From Methanobacteriota archaeon (GTDB lineage Archaea; Halobacteriota; Bog-38; Methanoflorentales; Methanoflorentaceae): 64,000 nt of DNA. Both the position numbers and the translations under genes were made by a program. This document shows, piece after piece, positions 51,722-60,531 of the stretch (positions are counted from its first letter, which is position 1; every line of letters begins with the position of its first letter). The notes below the pieces were generated by a model. It had not been told where the DNA came from. It searched no databases and was given only the letters and a program-made list of their open reading frames with translations. The stretch is taken from contig CAVRAO010000002.1 in NCBI GenBank assembly GCA_963719035.1, positions 96,001 to 160,000 on the forward strand. The letters run 5' to 3'.

Positions 51722-52840
51722 TTGACTACACCAGGCATTTGCGGAACTCTTAGTCCTTTTCACTTCGATTTCGTGAGTGATAAGATACGCACCATATATA
51801 CTACCGATTCAGGGAACGGTCACAGTCTTGATTCACTTCAATTGACGTTTTCGCGGGATCAACTTATCAATTACAAGAAATGGCGTATAGAAGGTCTTGA
51901 TCGGAAAAGCAGCAATTGGATGAACAAGGCCGCTGAGATTGTTTGGCACGGCACGCATGGCGTAATCTGTAAGCTAACAATGGACGCGGTGCGTGACGTT
52001 GCTTTAACCAAATACACGTGCGTTTATTCAAAACGTAAAGTGCTATGTTTTGCTAAAGGTCTCCTCAAGTATCTTGCCAAAACCACCTTCGACACTCGCT
52101 TTCAGGCATTTGAACTCTTCTTGGAGATGCCTAAGGTCCTCAAAATTCGTAAGCATGTTACAAGCCGCATTGTGACTAAGGAAGACATTGAAAATGTGCT
52201 AAAAGCGATTGAACAGGCGTTTAGCATCGGGCGTATTGATAACGCTCACTATCTAAACTACAAAGCGATAGTGTTCTTTGGCGCGTTTACGGGTCAGCGA
52301 CCTTTAGCGACAATAGCAAGATTAACTGCGCGACAATTTGAGGAAGCGGTGAAAATGAAGAAACCGGTTGTTGATGTTCTCCCGTGGCAAGATAAGATTC
52401 GCATGCAGCATTATTGCCCTCTCCACCCGCAAGTCGTTGAGGCTGTAGAACCTGCGCTGGAAGTTAGATTCGATGACGAGCGTGTTTTTGAGCAACTGTC
52501 CTTTCAAGAGTGGCTTAAGTACACAGACATCCGGCTATTGCAAGGAGGCGCTCGCATTGTCAATGGAGACCTGAGGAAATTTGCAGAGCAGCAATCCGAC
52601 GTACTGCAGTGGGATCAATCAAATAAGAACTACATACTAACCCACGGTGTCAGCGGGGTCGATTGGCGTTTTTACAAGCATCCGTTGCCTAAGATCGTGT
52701 ATGACGTATATATGCAGTATTGGAAAGAAGTCGAGCTTTCGTGTTTAAAGTGGCCATGCTTGTTCCCGCACAACCGGCAAAAATACCATACATACCGTCA
52801 TCGGCAAAAGCAAACGTTAGCCTGTGGGCTTCTTTCCTAA
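51722..52840 (+). CDS. Tyrosine recombinase / integrase (start uncertain)
   Basis: Catalytic-like pattern GAFTGQR..DK..DLRK..LTHG..WRFY; adjacent to att. Confidence 0.82.
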   Translation: MTTPGICGTLSPFHFDFVSDKIRTIYTTDSGNGHSLDSLQLTFSRDQLINYKKWRIEGLDRKSSNWMNKAAEIVWHGTHGVICKLTMDAVRDVALTKYTCVYSKRKVLCFAKGLLKYLAKTTFDTRFQAFELFLEMPKVLKIRKHVTSRIVTKEDIENVLKAIEQAFSIGRIDNAHYLNYKAIVFFGAFTGQRPLATIARLTARQFEEAVKMKKPVVDVLPWQDKIRMQHYCPLHPQVVEAVEPALEVRFDDERVFEQLSFQEWLKYTDIRLLQGGARIVNGDLRKFAEQQSDVLQWDQSNKNYILTHGVSGVDWRFYKHPLPKIVYDVYMQYWKEVELSCLKWPCLFPHNRQKYHTYRHRQKQTLACGLLS

Positions 52841-53087
52841 AAATAAAAAGCCCACGGCCTTATCAAAAACGTATGTTGACGACGATATTGCCCCATGAAC
52901 CCACCTGCCTGCTGAGACGATGGTAGTACTTTAAACTTAAAATTTGTGATAGCTTTTAGCAGGCGCCTATTAGCGGTCAATTCTGACCTCCGCCTCGCTG
53001 AGGCAATCGTAAATTCATCGTTACTTTTTGCTCTACTTTTTTTGTTCTGCGAGAATGTGGAGCACAGGCTATCCCTCACTAAGCGCA

Positions 53088-53798
53088 TCAAGAGACGTGT
53101 CCAATCGGGATAATGTAAAGCGGCTGCTGGTCTGGAGGGGTCTCTAACACTTCGCGCACCATCGAGTCATCAAAGGCGCCGATCGGAACCGCTCCCAATC
53201 CCAACGATGTACACTCGAGCAACACGTTTTGCGCTGCGTGACCAGCCTCGAGGTGGACGTAGCGCTCAGCACGTTCACCGTACTTCGTTGCGGCCCGCTC
53301 GTAGACCCCCATAATCACAAGTTTTAACGGTGCTTGTCGTACGGCGTCCTGATTCAAAGCGGCTTTTGTCAGGTTCTCCTGCACATCCGCTGATCTGATT
53401 TTCCCGAGGCTGTGATTTAGGGGGTTGTAATGGTACACTCCTGTTACGTTCACGACATAGACTTCGAGCGGATACAGCGCGCCCGCAGACGGCACCGTTC
53501 TGAATCCTTGAGTGCTCGTGATTCCTTGAGCGGCCCAAACGAGCTGTGAGAGCTCGCTTAGTGAGATGTCAGCGTCAGTGTACTCGCGTACCGACCGCCG
53601 CTGTTGGAACGTTTCCTCTAATGACATGTTTCCTTTCAGGACTGGGTCGGGAAGCTTGATGACGTCGATGACAGCGAGGTCATGTGATACAGGCACAACT
53701 GCATCGTCGCTCTTTTGCGAGCTCAACGCCATCCACCCTATAAGAGCGGAAGCGATCACCGCAATGACCAGCGCAACGGCCAAGATTTTTTTTCGCAT
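53088..53798 (-). CDS. SagB/ThcOx-type nitroreductase with N-terminal membrane anchor
   Basis: RRSVR, RTVPSAGALYPLE, LEAGHAAQN, IGAFDD. Confidence 0.88.
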   Translation of the reverse strand: MRKKILAVALVIAVIASALIGWMALSSQKSDDAVVPVSHDLAVIDVIKLPDPVLKGNMSLEETFQQRRSVREYTDADISLSELSQLVWAAQGITSTQGFRTVPSAGALYPLEVYVVNVTGVYHYNPLNHSLGKIRSADVQENLTKAALNQDAVRQAPLKLVIMGVYERAATKYGERAERYVHLEAGHAAQNVLLECTSLGLGAVPIGAFDDSMVREVLETPPDQQPLYIIPIGHVS

Positions 53799-54009
53799 CG
53801 ACGTACTCTCACGCTACACGCTTCACTTGAGAATAAGGACCTCCGCATAGTATAGAATTTATGCTTTAGCACGGCTAAGAAGAGGTGCAAAATTAGCACA
53901 AGTTAGCCCGAGTTATCCTAAACAGGTATGCAAAGCTGATAGGCAAGAACATTCATCCTCACACATTCTGGCATAAGTTTGCCATCAATAGCGTAAGGCA
54001 CGGATTTGT

Positions 54010-54123
54010 AATACGCAGACCACCTTATGCCATTATGCTCTTCTTTCCTGGGAGCTAAGGATGTGCCTGACGACAGAACCAAATTGCCAATTAAGCCCTG
54101 GCACATCCTCCCCCTTTGTCTAA
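54010..54123 (-). ncRNA. Candidate structured RNA / dispersed repeat, copy A
   Basis: Homologous to 63347-63460; stem GGATGTGCC...GGCACATCC around GCTTAATTGGCAATTTGG. Confidence 0.45.
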
Positions 54124-54293
54124 GCAAAGACTGTGCTGACGAATTTGCGGCTGAATTTCATGAAAGAGCCAATATGTGACGGATAAGGTAGTAAGAGCAG
54201 ATAAAGCTTTTTAACGACGTAAAAAGGAAAAGGAGCGCGAAACGCTCCATATTAGGAACCATTGCCGGCTTCAGTGCAGCTAAGGGTTGTGAC

Positions 54294-54587
54294 TTAAGGA
54301 AGACCCTTAATTATTGCTATTCCTTCTGCTTCTGGAAGCGCCTTCAATGTCTCTAAACTTGCCATTCCGGCGCTCGTTATCGTGAGCACTGCTTTCGCCA
54401 TTGCCTCGTCGCTCGGAGCTTCAACAACTACCACCATATCATATTCCCCAAAGACAAAGTGGATTTGTTTAATCTCTCCGCCGACGGACTTGAATATCTC
54501 TTTAGCGCTTTCTATTCGTTGCGGCATGTCCTTCACTTTCTCAATTCCTGCTTGCGTAAATTTATGAAGCAAGATGTAGCTTGGCAT
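54294..54587 (-). CDS. GYD-domain protein
   Basis: KFTQAG..R..GG..FGEYDMVVVVEAP..ETLKA. Confidence 0.85.
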   Translation of the reverse strand: MPSYILLHKFTQAGIEKVKDMPQRIESAKEIFKSVGGEIKQIHFVFGEYDMVVVVEAPSDEAMAKAVLTITSAGMASLETLKALPEAEGIAIIKGLP

Positions 54588-54790
54588 TTTGATGTAGCCT
54601 CCATTTTTTTAGTAGTGAGCGTTTTGAGCGATCAGACCATTAGCGTTTGCGCTGTATTGCGCGAGAAATGTGTGCAAGAGCCGCCGTCGGAAGTGATAGA
54701 ACGAGATAAGAGCCAAGAGGTAATCGCTTCTAACTACTTCCACACCGCGCTTCCTAATCGTTTACACCCCATGTTTTACTACACTAATGC

Positions 54791-55048
54791 GTGCGCGACG
54801 ATTGTCTCCAGGTCGATGAGCTCCTATTGCAGCTGGCGGACTACAAGAACGACTACGCGGACGTAGCCGCAGCAAAACTTTTAAAGAAGTGCTCTACCAG
54901 TTGGAAAGCCTATCGATATCTACAGGACCGCGTTCACGATGCCTGGCTGCCTGATAACGCCCGGCAGCAGGTTCGACAGATTATCAAAAAGATACAGGTG
55001 CAGATACACCAGCAGCGCGAATACAGCTGGACGTATCAACAGCCGTGA
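54791..55048 (+). CDS. Hypothetical protein
   Basis: 85-aa ORF with protein-like composition; no recognised motif. Confidence 0.45.
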   Translation: MRDDCLQVDELLLQLADYKNDYADVAAAKLLKKCSTSWKAYRYLQDRVHDAWLPDNARQQVRQIIKKIQVQIHQQREYSWTYQQP

Positions 55049-55477
55049 GCGTGCAAAATAAAAGTTTTGCTAGTTTGTTAGCCATAAAACTACACGCAAC
55101 AAACTGAGAGGAAGGTTCTTCAAGCAAGTATCAGCGACGAAGGCTAGGGGCACACTAAAAATTTGAGGTAAATACCCTAGTTTGGCCAAGAGTATATAAA
55201 CGGCCCCTTGCCTTCGAACGTGGTTGTTATCATACGATATTTTAATACGCGTGACAAGTTTTTGTCACACATCAACGCCCGTGAAAAGTGGGCGCCCCTC
55301 TCGAAGGGTAAAGTCGACATGAAAAACTAAGGTGTAACGCTTTAAAAAATGTCTGGACCGTAGTCGCTTTTTGAAATAACGCCCAGTGTGACGTTATTAT
55401 CGTCGACAGAAAAAACCGATCACGATATTATGAGGCGTGATTCATGTACAAAGTACTGAAAACGTAGGAGGGAACAA

Positions 55478-55639
55478 ATGATTGAGAAGGGACTGATCTT
55501 AACCGGCAGCGATGCGGACGTATTGAGCAGTGCGCTTTCAGAAGTGAAAACGATAGTCTATAAAAAGGCAGGAACTCAATTAGATGATAGCCAAGCGCTC
55601 GATGCGCTCGTTTCGTATTTCCTTAATGCCGAAAGATAG
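55478..55639 (+). CDS. Hypothetical micro-protein, 53 aa
   Basis: SD GGAGGG; MIEKGLILTGSDADVLSSALSEVK..DALVSYFLNAER. Confidence 0.6.
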   Translation: MIEKGLILTGSDADVLSSALSEVKTIVYKKAGTQLDDSQALDALVSYFLNAER

Positions 55640-55820
55640 ACAAAAAGAGAAGTTTCACTTGTATTTTAGCCCCTTACGTAAGCGCCTGGTGCTCGGCACG
55701 ATTATTGAGGGGACAGTCGTAAAGCCTGATCGTGGCCAGGAACTGCTCGATCTAAGTTAGATAGCTGGGTCATCTATGGAGTGGCATTACCTAAAAGCAC
55801 GAAGTAAATGGTGACAAAAA

Positions 55821-55997
55821 ATGAACTGTGAAGAAAAACTAAAAATCCTGATGGATGCTTGTGAGAAGGCATTAATGTACGGGTGGGAAGATAACTTCAA
55901 TTGGAGCAAGGATAAACCAGAAGAATTTTGGGATGAAGAAGAAGCGTGGATTGCAATAAAAGAAGCGTTTGTTAAAGTAAAAGGTGACAAAAAATGA
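55821..55997 (+). CDS. Virus-like hypothetical micro-protein, 58 aa
   Basis: SD GGTGA; MNCEEKLKILMDACEKAL..KGDKK; stop overlaps the next ATG. Confidence 0.7.
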   Translation: MNCEEKLKILMDACEKALMYGWEDNFNWSKDKPEEFWDEEEAWIAIKEAFVKVKGDKK

Positions 55998-56263
55998 GTG
56001 ACACAGATAAAGAAGTCCTTAAAAAAGTATTAGAACTTTGTGAGAAAGGAATCGATCAGGCGAGAAAAGATGCAACAAATTCTGTTGGTACTGCCGAATC
56101 TTATGCGAATGGTCAAGCCGTTGCATATATGACAGTCGTTGAACTAATCATGCGTATGAAGCAAGAAGTCACTCTAGATTATAAAGAGGCGTGGGATTCT
56201 CTAGTAAACACGAAGAGCATCAAATCGATAAAAGAAGAATGGAGTGAAGGCGACAAAAAATAA
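55994..56263 (+). CDS. Virus-like hypothetical protein, 89 aa
   Basis: SD GGTGA, ATGA coupling, SYANGQ..AY motif, ends EGDKK. Confidence 0.72.
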   Translation: MSDTDKEVLKKVLELCEKGIDQARKDATNSVGTAESYANGQAVAYMTVVELIMRMKQEVTLDYKEAWDSLVNTKSIKSIKEEWSEGDKK

Positions 56264-56620
56264 TAAGTGCAGCAATAACGAAAACAACGATAGCAATTAC
56301 CACAACGAAGGCGGCGGCATTCGTTTTTATAGTCAATCCTATCCTGCGTACCAGCCTCCCTGCCGATTTATGGTATTTGGACTTAAGCAGAGAGCTGGCC
56401 CCGCATTGTTGTACAGCTAGCGCCTAGAGCAATAACGCCGTGTAGCCGCTTATTCTTCATAAATCCGTTATTCGTTTGCTGCTTGGCCACACGTGCTGAC
56501 CGGGGCCTAATACAGGCTCTGACTAACTCTTTAATAAACCAGCTGCCTCCACTAGTTAAAAAACGAGTTCGGCGTCCCTGCCAAAACGAATTAATAGCAG
56601 GTCAATTCTGGATACTGACT

Positions 56621-57013
56621 ATGGATAGTGAGGGGTCAAGAAGGAAATTCGAAAATATCGGCGATTACATCGCTACGTTTCCTAAGAATGTTCAGCACAC
56701 GCTCAGGGAGCTGAGGAGTGCAATCAAAGAATCGGCGCCTGAAGCTGAAGAAACCATTAGTTATGGAATGCCCACCTTCAAGCTCAATGGTAACTTAGTA
56801 CATTTTGCCGCCTATGAGAAGCATATCGGGTTCTATCCAACCCCTTCCGCCATTCTTGCTTTCAAGGAGAAATTATCCATTTATAAGCAATCAAAAGGAG
56901 CGGTTCAATTTCCAATCGATGGGCCGATTCCGTTAGATATTGTAAGGGAGATGGTCAGGTTCAGAGTAAAAGAAAATCTGACAAAAGGTGCAAGAAGGAG
57001 AAAAAAGGACTGA
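56621..57013 (+). CDS. DUF1801 / YdhG family protein
   Basis: APEAEETISYGMPTF..HFAAYEKHIGFYP..KGAVQFP. Confidence 0.9.
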   Translation: MDSEGSRRKFENIGDYIATFPKNVQHTLRELRSAIKESAPEAEETISYGMPTFKLNGNLVHFAAYEKHIGFYPTPSAILAFKEKLSIYKQSKGAVQFPIDGPIPLDIVREMVRFRVKENLTKGARRRKKD

Positions 57014-57094
57014 GACTGAGCTGACTTGTTCAAAAACGCTACTTTTATCCTCCGCTGCACTTTAACTAGAACTAACTAAACAAGAGGTGGAATA

Positions 57095-57232
57095 ATGACA
57101 GAAGACGATAAGAACGAAATCATAAAGTGCACTGTCTCGTGCCCCGAGTGTGGTGCTGAGATGGTCTGCACGCACGAAGACCCAAAACACGAAGAGAAGC
57201 ACAGGTGTGAAAAAGGCCACGTGTGGACCTGA
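57095..57232 (+). CDS. CPxCG zinc-finger micro-protein, 45 aa
   Basis: SD GAGGTGG; MTEDDKNEIIKCTVSCPECGAEMVCTHEDPKHEEKHRCEKGHVWT. Confidence 0.72.
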   Translation: MTEDDKNEIIKCTVSCPECGAEMVCTHEDPKHEEKHRCEKGHVWT

Positions 57233-57300
57233 AGAAAGCTTTAATATCAATACACAGCTAGTAAGCTGTGCTGCGTCAAGCGGCCATTACGCTTGTGCAT

Positions 57301-57373
57301 GCCCGGGTAGTGTAGCGGCCTATCATGGAGCCCTGTCGAGGCTCCGACTCGGGTTCAAATCCCGACTCGGGCG
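57301..57373 (+). tRNA. tRNA-Asp(GTC), intact copy at the junction of two elements
   Basis: GGAGCC-CT-GTC-GA-GGCTCC; GGTTCAAATCC. Confidence 0.96.
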
Positions 57374-57754
57374 CTCCTTTTTTGTAATAGAGTAATCTGC
57401 AGTGTTATTTGCTGCTAGGAATTCTAAACTGCGCTTTTCTATGTCGCTATCCTTCTTATTGCCCTTTATTTCTCGTGGTTCGCCTTTAGCGTCGCGTATA
57501 TCCAAAGCTAACCTTAAAGCGCCTATCGTTTCGTCAGCACGCCTTATAATCTCGTCTTTACCCTCTAACACCGCACGCAGCCGTATTATTTCAGTATTAT
57601 CCTGCTTATCAAGTGCGACAATACGACCTTCGACATAAGCAGTTAAAGCTTCAATCGTTAGGGCCGAACGGGTTACGTTATTGCTGTTCGCTCGTTCAAT
57701 AACGGCTTTTAACAGCTCGGCAGGTAATGTAATAGACATACGGGATAGCGTCAT
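57323..57754 (-). CDS. RHH/CopG-like DNA-binding protein with coiled coil; tail runs antisense through the tRNA-Asp 3' half
   Basis: RMSITLPAELL..RA...VTRSAL..EAL..Y; C-terminus PSRDLNPSRSLDRAP is tRNA antisense. Confidence 0.75.
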   Translation of the reverse strand: MTLSRMSITLPAELLKAVIERANSNNVTRSALTIEALTAYVEGRIVALDKQDNTEIIRLRAVLEGKDEIIRRADETIGALRLALDIRDAKGEPREIKGNKKDSDIEKRSLEFLAANNTADYSITKKERPSRDLNPSRSLDRAP

Positions 57755-58297
57755 ACGTTCCGTATGATAATACCTTATTTAGTATTAAGCTGCCGATATC
57801 ATCGCACTCGTTCGTGTTTCTAGAAAATGTCACAAGAACTGATGGCATCAAAAAACCGGTTAAAAGTAGGTACCTGTATAGTTTTTTATAATCATAGCCG
57901 AACGGGCCGCGTGTGCGTGTTTAAACCTCGATATAACCGCCTGTTTGAAGCGATGGAATGGGCAACAGGTAACGCCGCGACTTAATCTTAATAATAGAAA
58001 AAAATCGATAAAATCCTTCTTAACTCGCGTATTGGTCCCGTCGCCTAAATATAAACCGATAGAATTCGGCGCGTGCCCTATCTGCTTAATCCTTACATTG
58101 CGGGCATACGTTACTCGTCGTTGATACAAACTCCCAGCAATATATGCACCTATAGATGCGCTTCCAGGGTACGCCGGACGTCGTGTCCATGCGTCCCCAT
58201 TTCGGACGCGTTTTATATGCCACCGCTGCTATATTATCGCCCGCTCTCGTCGAGTTCGTTCAATAATCGCGCGTGTAGCCGCATACTTAGATATCAG

Positions 58298-58414
58298 TTA
58301 TGTCGTTTGCATTATTCTGCGCGAGCGGCGGTAATACTGACAATAAGGGACTAAATCATTATCGCCACGCAGTTTACAATCAGCGTATTTCTCGCACTGT
58401 CGGCAGTCCATCAT
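58298..58414 (-). CDS. Cys-rich micro-protein, 38 aa
   Basis: MMDCRQCEKYADCKLRGDNDLVPYCQYYRRSRRIMQTT; tandem with upstream small ORFs. Confidence 0.5.
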   Translation of the reverse strand: MMDCRQCEKYADCKLRGDNDLVPYCQYYRRSRRIMQTT

Positions 58415-58438
58415 TTTATTCACGCCTTTTCTAGCAGC

Positions 58439-58567
58439 TTACCTATGTAACCGGACACCCTTATGATAGCGCAGAATCGCTAGAATAATATCATCTGGAT
58501 TATCGGCGTTGATCGTGAGAGAACCGACCTTTATCGGAATTTTTTCCTTCGTCGTTTTATCGTTCAT
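58439..58567 (-). CDS. Hypothetical micro-protein, 42 aa
   Basis: MNDKTTKEKIPIKVGSLTINADNPDDIILAILRYHKGVRLHR; GGTG upstream. Confidence 0.45.
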   Translation of the reverse strand: MNDKTTKEKIPIKVGSLTINADNPDDIILAILRYHKGVRLHR

Positions 58568-58605
58568 ATCTATACACCATCTTAGCGCAATGCCCCCACC
58601 CTACC

Positions 58606-58752
58606 CTATAATTGTATTCTGACGATTTCTCCAAAAGCGTCAGCTGTACATTTGACACATGTGGCGGCGTCCGCCTCTCCATAGGCGCATTCAGAATGGA
58701 GATCGCGTAGGCAGATGTTGCTCTTCACAGTTTCAGTTAATAGTTCTTTCAT
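58606..58752 (-). CDS. Cys/His micro-protein, 48 aa (divergent family copy 3)
   Basis: SD GGGGAG; MKELLTETVKSNICLRDLHSECAYGEADAATCVKCTADAFGEIVRIQL with C-x4-H-x2-C-x9-C-x2-C. Confidence 0.65.
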   Translation of the reverse strand: MKELLTETVKSNICLRDLHSECAYGEADAATCVKCTADAFGEIVRIQL

Positions 58753-58825
58753 TTTGTTTGACTCCCCTTTTGGTATTTTGATAGCAAGGACCTCCCTACT
58801 ACCAATAGCACCGACGACACGTCAC

Positions 58826-58860
58826 TATGTAACCCCGCGTGACAACAACTGAGTGTCACG
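58826..58860 (-). promoter_or_regulatory. Perfect CGTGACA-N9-TGTCACG palindrome plus weak TATA
   Basis: CGTGACAACAACTGAGTGTCACG at 58838-58860; minus strand continues GCGGGG-TTACAT. Confidence 0.62.
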
Positions 58861-59002
58861 GTATCGACATATGCTCGCAGCTTACGCAGTAGGTCATAGT
58901 CAATAATAGGAAAAGAAGAGTCAATTACCTACCCGGCGGGCGTATCGTGAAAGTACTAACCTGGCGGGTATCTTTCTGTACGAGAGCAATAGTAATGCAG
59001 CG

Positions 59003-59400
59003 TGATGATTACGTTACGTGTTTGCGTTCCTTTACCGCTTTCGGTAGGTCAAGATATAGCTCAAACGCTTGGTATCGCGCATCAAACCGCGTCTTTGATA
59101 AGTAGCGGAAAAACGCCTTTGCGAAGTTTATTACCTTTCGCTTCGCGTAAATGTCGCTATATTTATCCAGAACGTAATTACGAAGCTCGTTTGCGGTTAT
59201 CCTGCTAATTTCGCCCTTTGTATAGCGCCATAGAATATCTGCGGCCTTATTTAGCCAATTAATCGTTTTTCGCTAAGTCCTGCGATACGAAGGTTATATA
59301 ATCTTTTAACTCGCTTCTCGAAAATGTCAGGTTAAGCTTATCTAGTCTGTCGCTATCGCATACGCTAGAATTAGATTGCTTTATTGAATTTTAACCATTA
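59003..59400 (-). pseudogene. Truncated, frameshifted integrase homologous to 51722..52840
   Basis: LDKLNLTFSR..INWLNKAADILW..YAKRKVINFAK..KTRFDARYQAFELYLDLPK..RKHVT matches the N-terminal part of integrase 1; catalytic domain absent. Confidence 0.85.
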
Positions 59401-59470
59401 ATAGCGTTTAATCGCCTAAATAAGCCCTGTCGAGGCTTCTGATTTTGTTCAGAGCAGACTCTTAGGAAGC

Positions 59471-60307
59471 CTAAACCTGTGGAGGGCCTCGCTCAAGCAG
59501 CTCTTGTATCCGTTGTTCTGCAGGGATTGACTGCTGCCACAACAGTTCGAAGGTGGAGGCGAGGTATTGAGCATACGTTGGGTCATCACTCCAGAGCACG
59601 CTTACCAGTTCTCTAAGCGAGGCGCGTTTTAAGTCGGCGGCATTAATCACGCTCATACCAATTTTTCCATCAAAAACGCAGAACAATAGCCCTGAGTACG
59701 TGTTAAAATGACGTACTTCCATTCCAGCGTCTAAGTGCTCTCGGATTAGCTCAATAAACGGATAAGTGACGTCAGTTATAAATCGTATCCTCCCCCCCCG
59801 GTCTATAAACTTCTTATCGTCCTCAACAAAAAACAAGGATGAAAACACCGTCAGTATAGGGGGGACAACTGCGAACCAGTCCTTTTCAGCTGAGGCCAGG
59901 GCAGATAGCGTTACAGTCACCACTTCTTTCATGCTCTTGAGAATTTTGTACGAGGCAATCTCACCGGCGGGCCGAAACCGCTGTTGCTCTGAGAGCTCTT
60001 GTAGCTCCTGCTTTCGCACCTCCATCTCGCGTATTTCGCTTTCGTGCCTTTTGAGCGCAGCGTCAAGAGCGGTTTCGAGGTCTACTGCTGTGTAAACCGT
60101 TGGTGTATCGAGTGAGGGCCGCACCATACCTTTCTCGATGAGGCCGGTAAGCGTCCGGTGCACGTCCTCCCGATATGTTTTAAGAGACTTGGCGAGAGGG
60201 GAAGGGGTTTTTGGGCCGTACCTAAGCAGATGTAAGTAAAGCTGAGCCTCTTTTTCACTGAGCCCAAATTGAGTTAAACGACGGATGAACTCATCGTCCT
60301 CAGTCAT
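59471..60307 (-). CDS. TrmB-like regulator
   Basis: PKTPSPLAKSLKTYREDVHRTL; WSDDPTYAQYL. Confidence 0.9.
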   Translation of the reverse strand: MTEDDEFIRRLTQFGLSEKEAQLYLHLLRYGPKTPSPLAKSLKTYREDVHRTLTGLIEKGMVRPSLDTPTVYTAVDLETALDAALKRHESEIREMEVRKQELQELSEQQRFRPAGEIASYKILKSMKEVVTVTLSALASAEKDWFAVVPPILTVFSSLFFVEDDKKFIDRGGRIRFITDVTYPFIELIREHLDAGMEVRHFNTYSGLLFCVFDGKIGMSVINAADLKRASLRELVSVLWSDDPTYAQYLASTFELLWQQSIPAEQRIQELLERGPPQV

Positions 60308-60531
60308 GCGCTGCCCGGAAGGTACGTGAACTAAGCAGTAAATAAAGATTGGGTTCTGAGGTTCTGGTTAATAATAGGTGAAGTTAGGCGTTGAAAATGT
60401 GGTTTGTGAAATGGTTGGCGCGTGCCCTTCACGTTAGCTATTCATAAAAGTTGCAAAAGGGGAACCCTTAAGCCGCTAAGGTATATACACCTTTACTACA
60501 TAGGTGCTCGCAGAGCACGCACTCATCTGTT

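Larger units (their letters stand above)
51588..57340. mobile_element. Integrated element 1 (~5.6 kb) in tRNA-Asp with tyrosine integrase
   Basis: Flanked by ~109-bp direct repeats; integrase next to the left repeat; small-ORF cargo. Confidence 0.88.
57329..59461. mobile_element. Integrated element 2 (~2.1 kb, decayed) in tRNA-Asp
   Basis: AGCCCTGTCGAGGCT repeated at 59423-59437 and followed by a decayed tRNA 3' half; integrase remnant adjacent. Confidence 0.8.

Noticed and set aside
53088-53798. SagB/ThcOx protein as part of a RiPP cluster with the Cys- or Ser-rich peptides
   Set aside because: No YcaO, E1-like protein, protease or transporter is present; membrane-anchored stand-alone SagB-like nitroreductases are common.
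57150-57395. ORF in frame with integrase 1 across att, suggesting an SSV1-type split integrase N-terminus
   Set aside because: It overlaps a better-supported zinc-finger gene in another frame, lacks an SD and runs through the tRNA promoter; probably coincidental, though not fully excluded.
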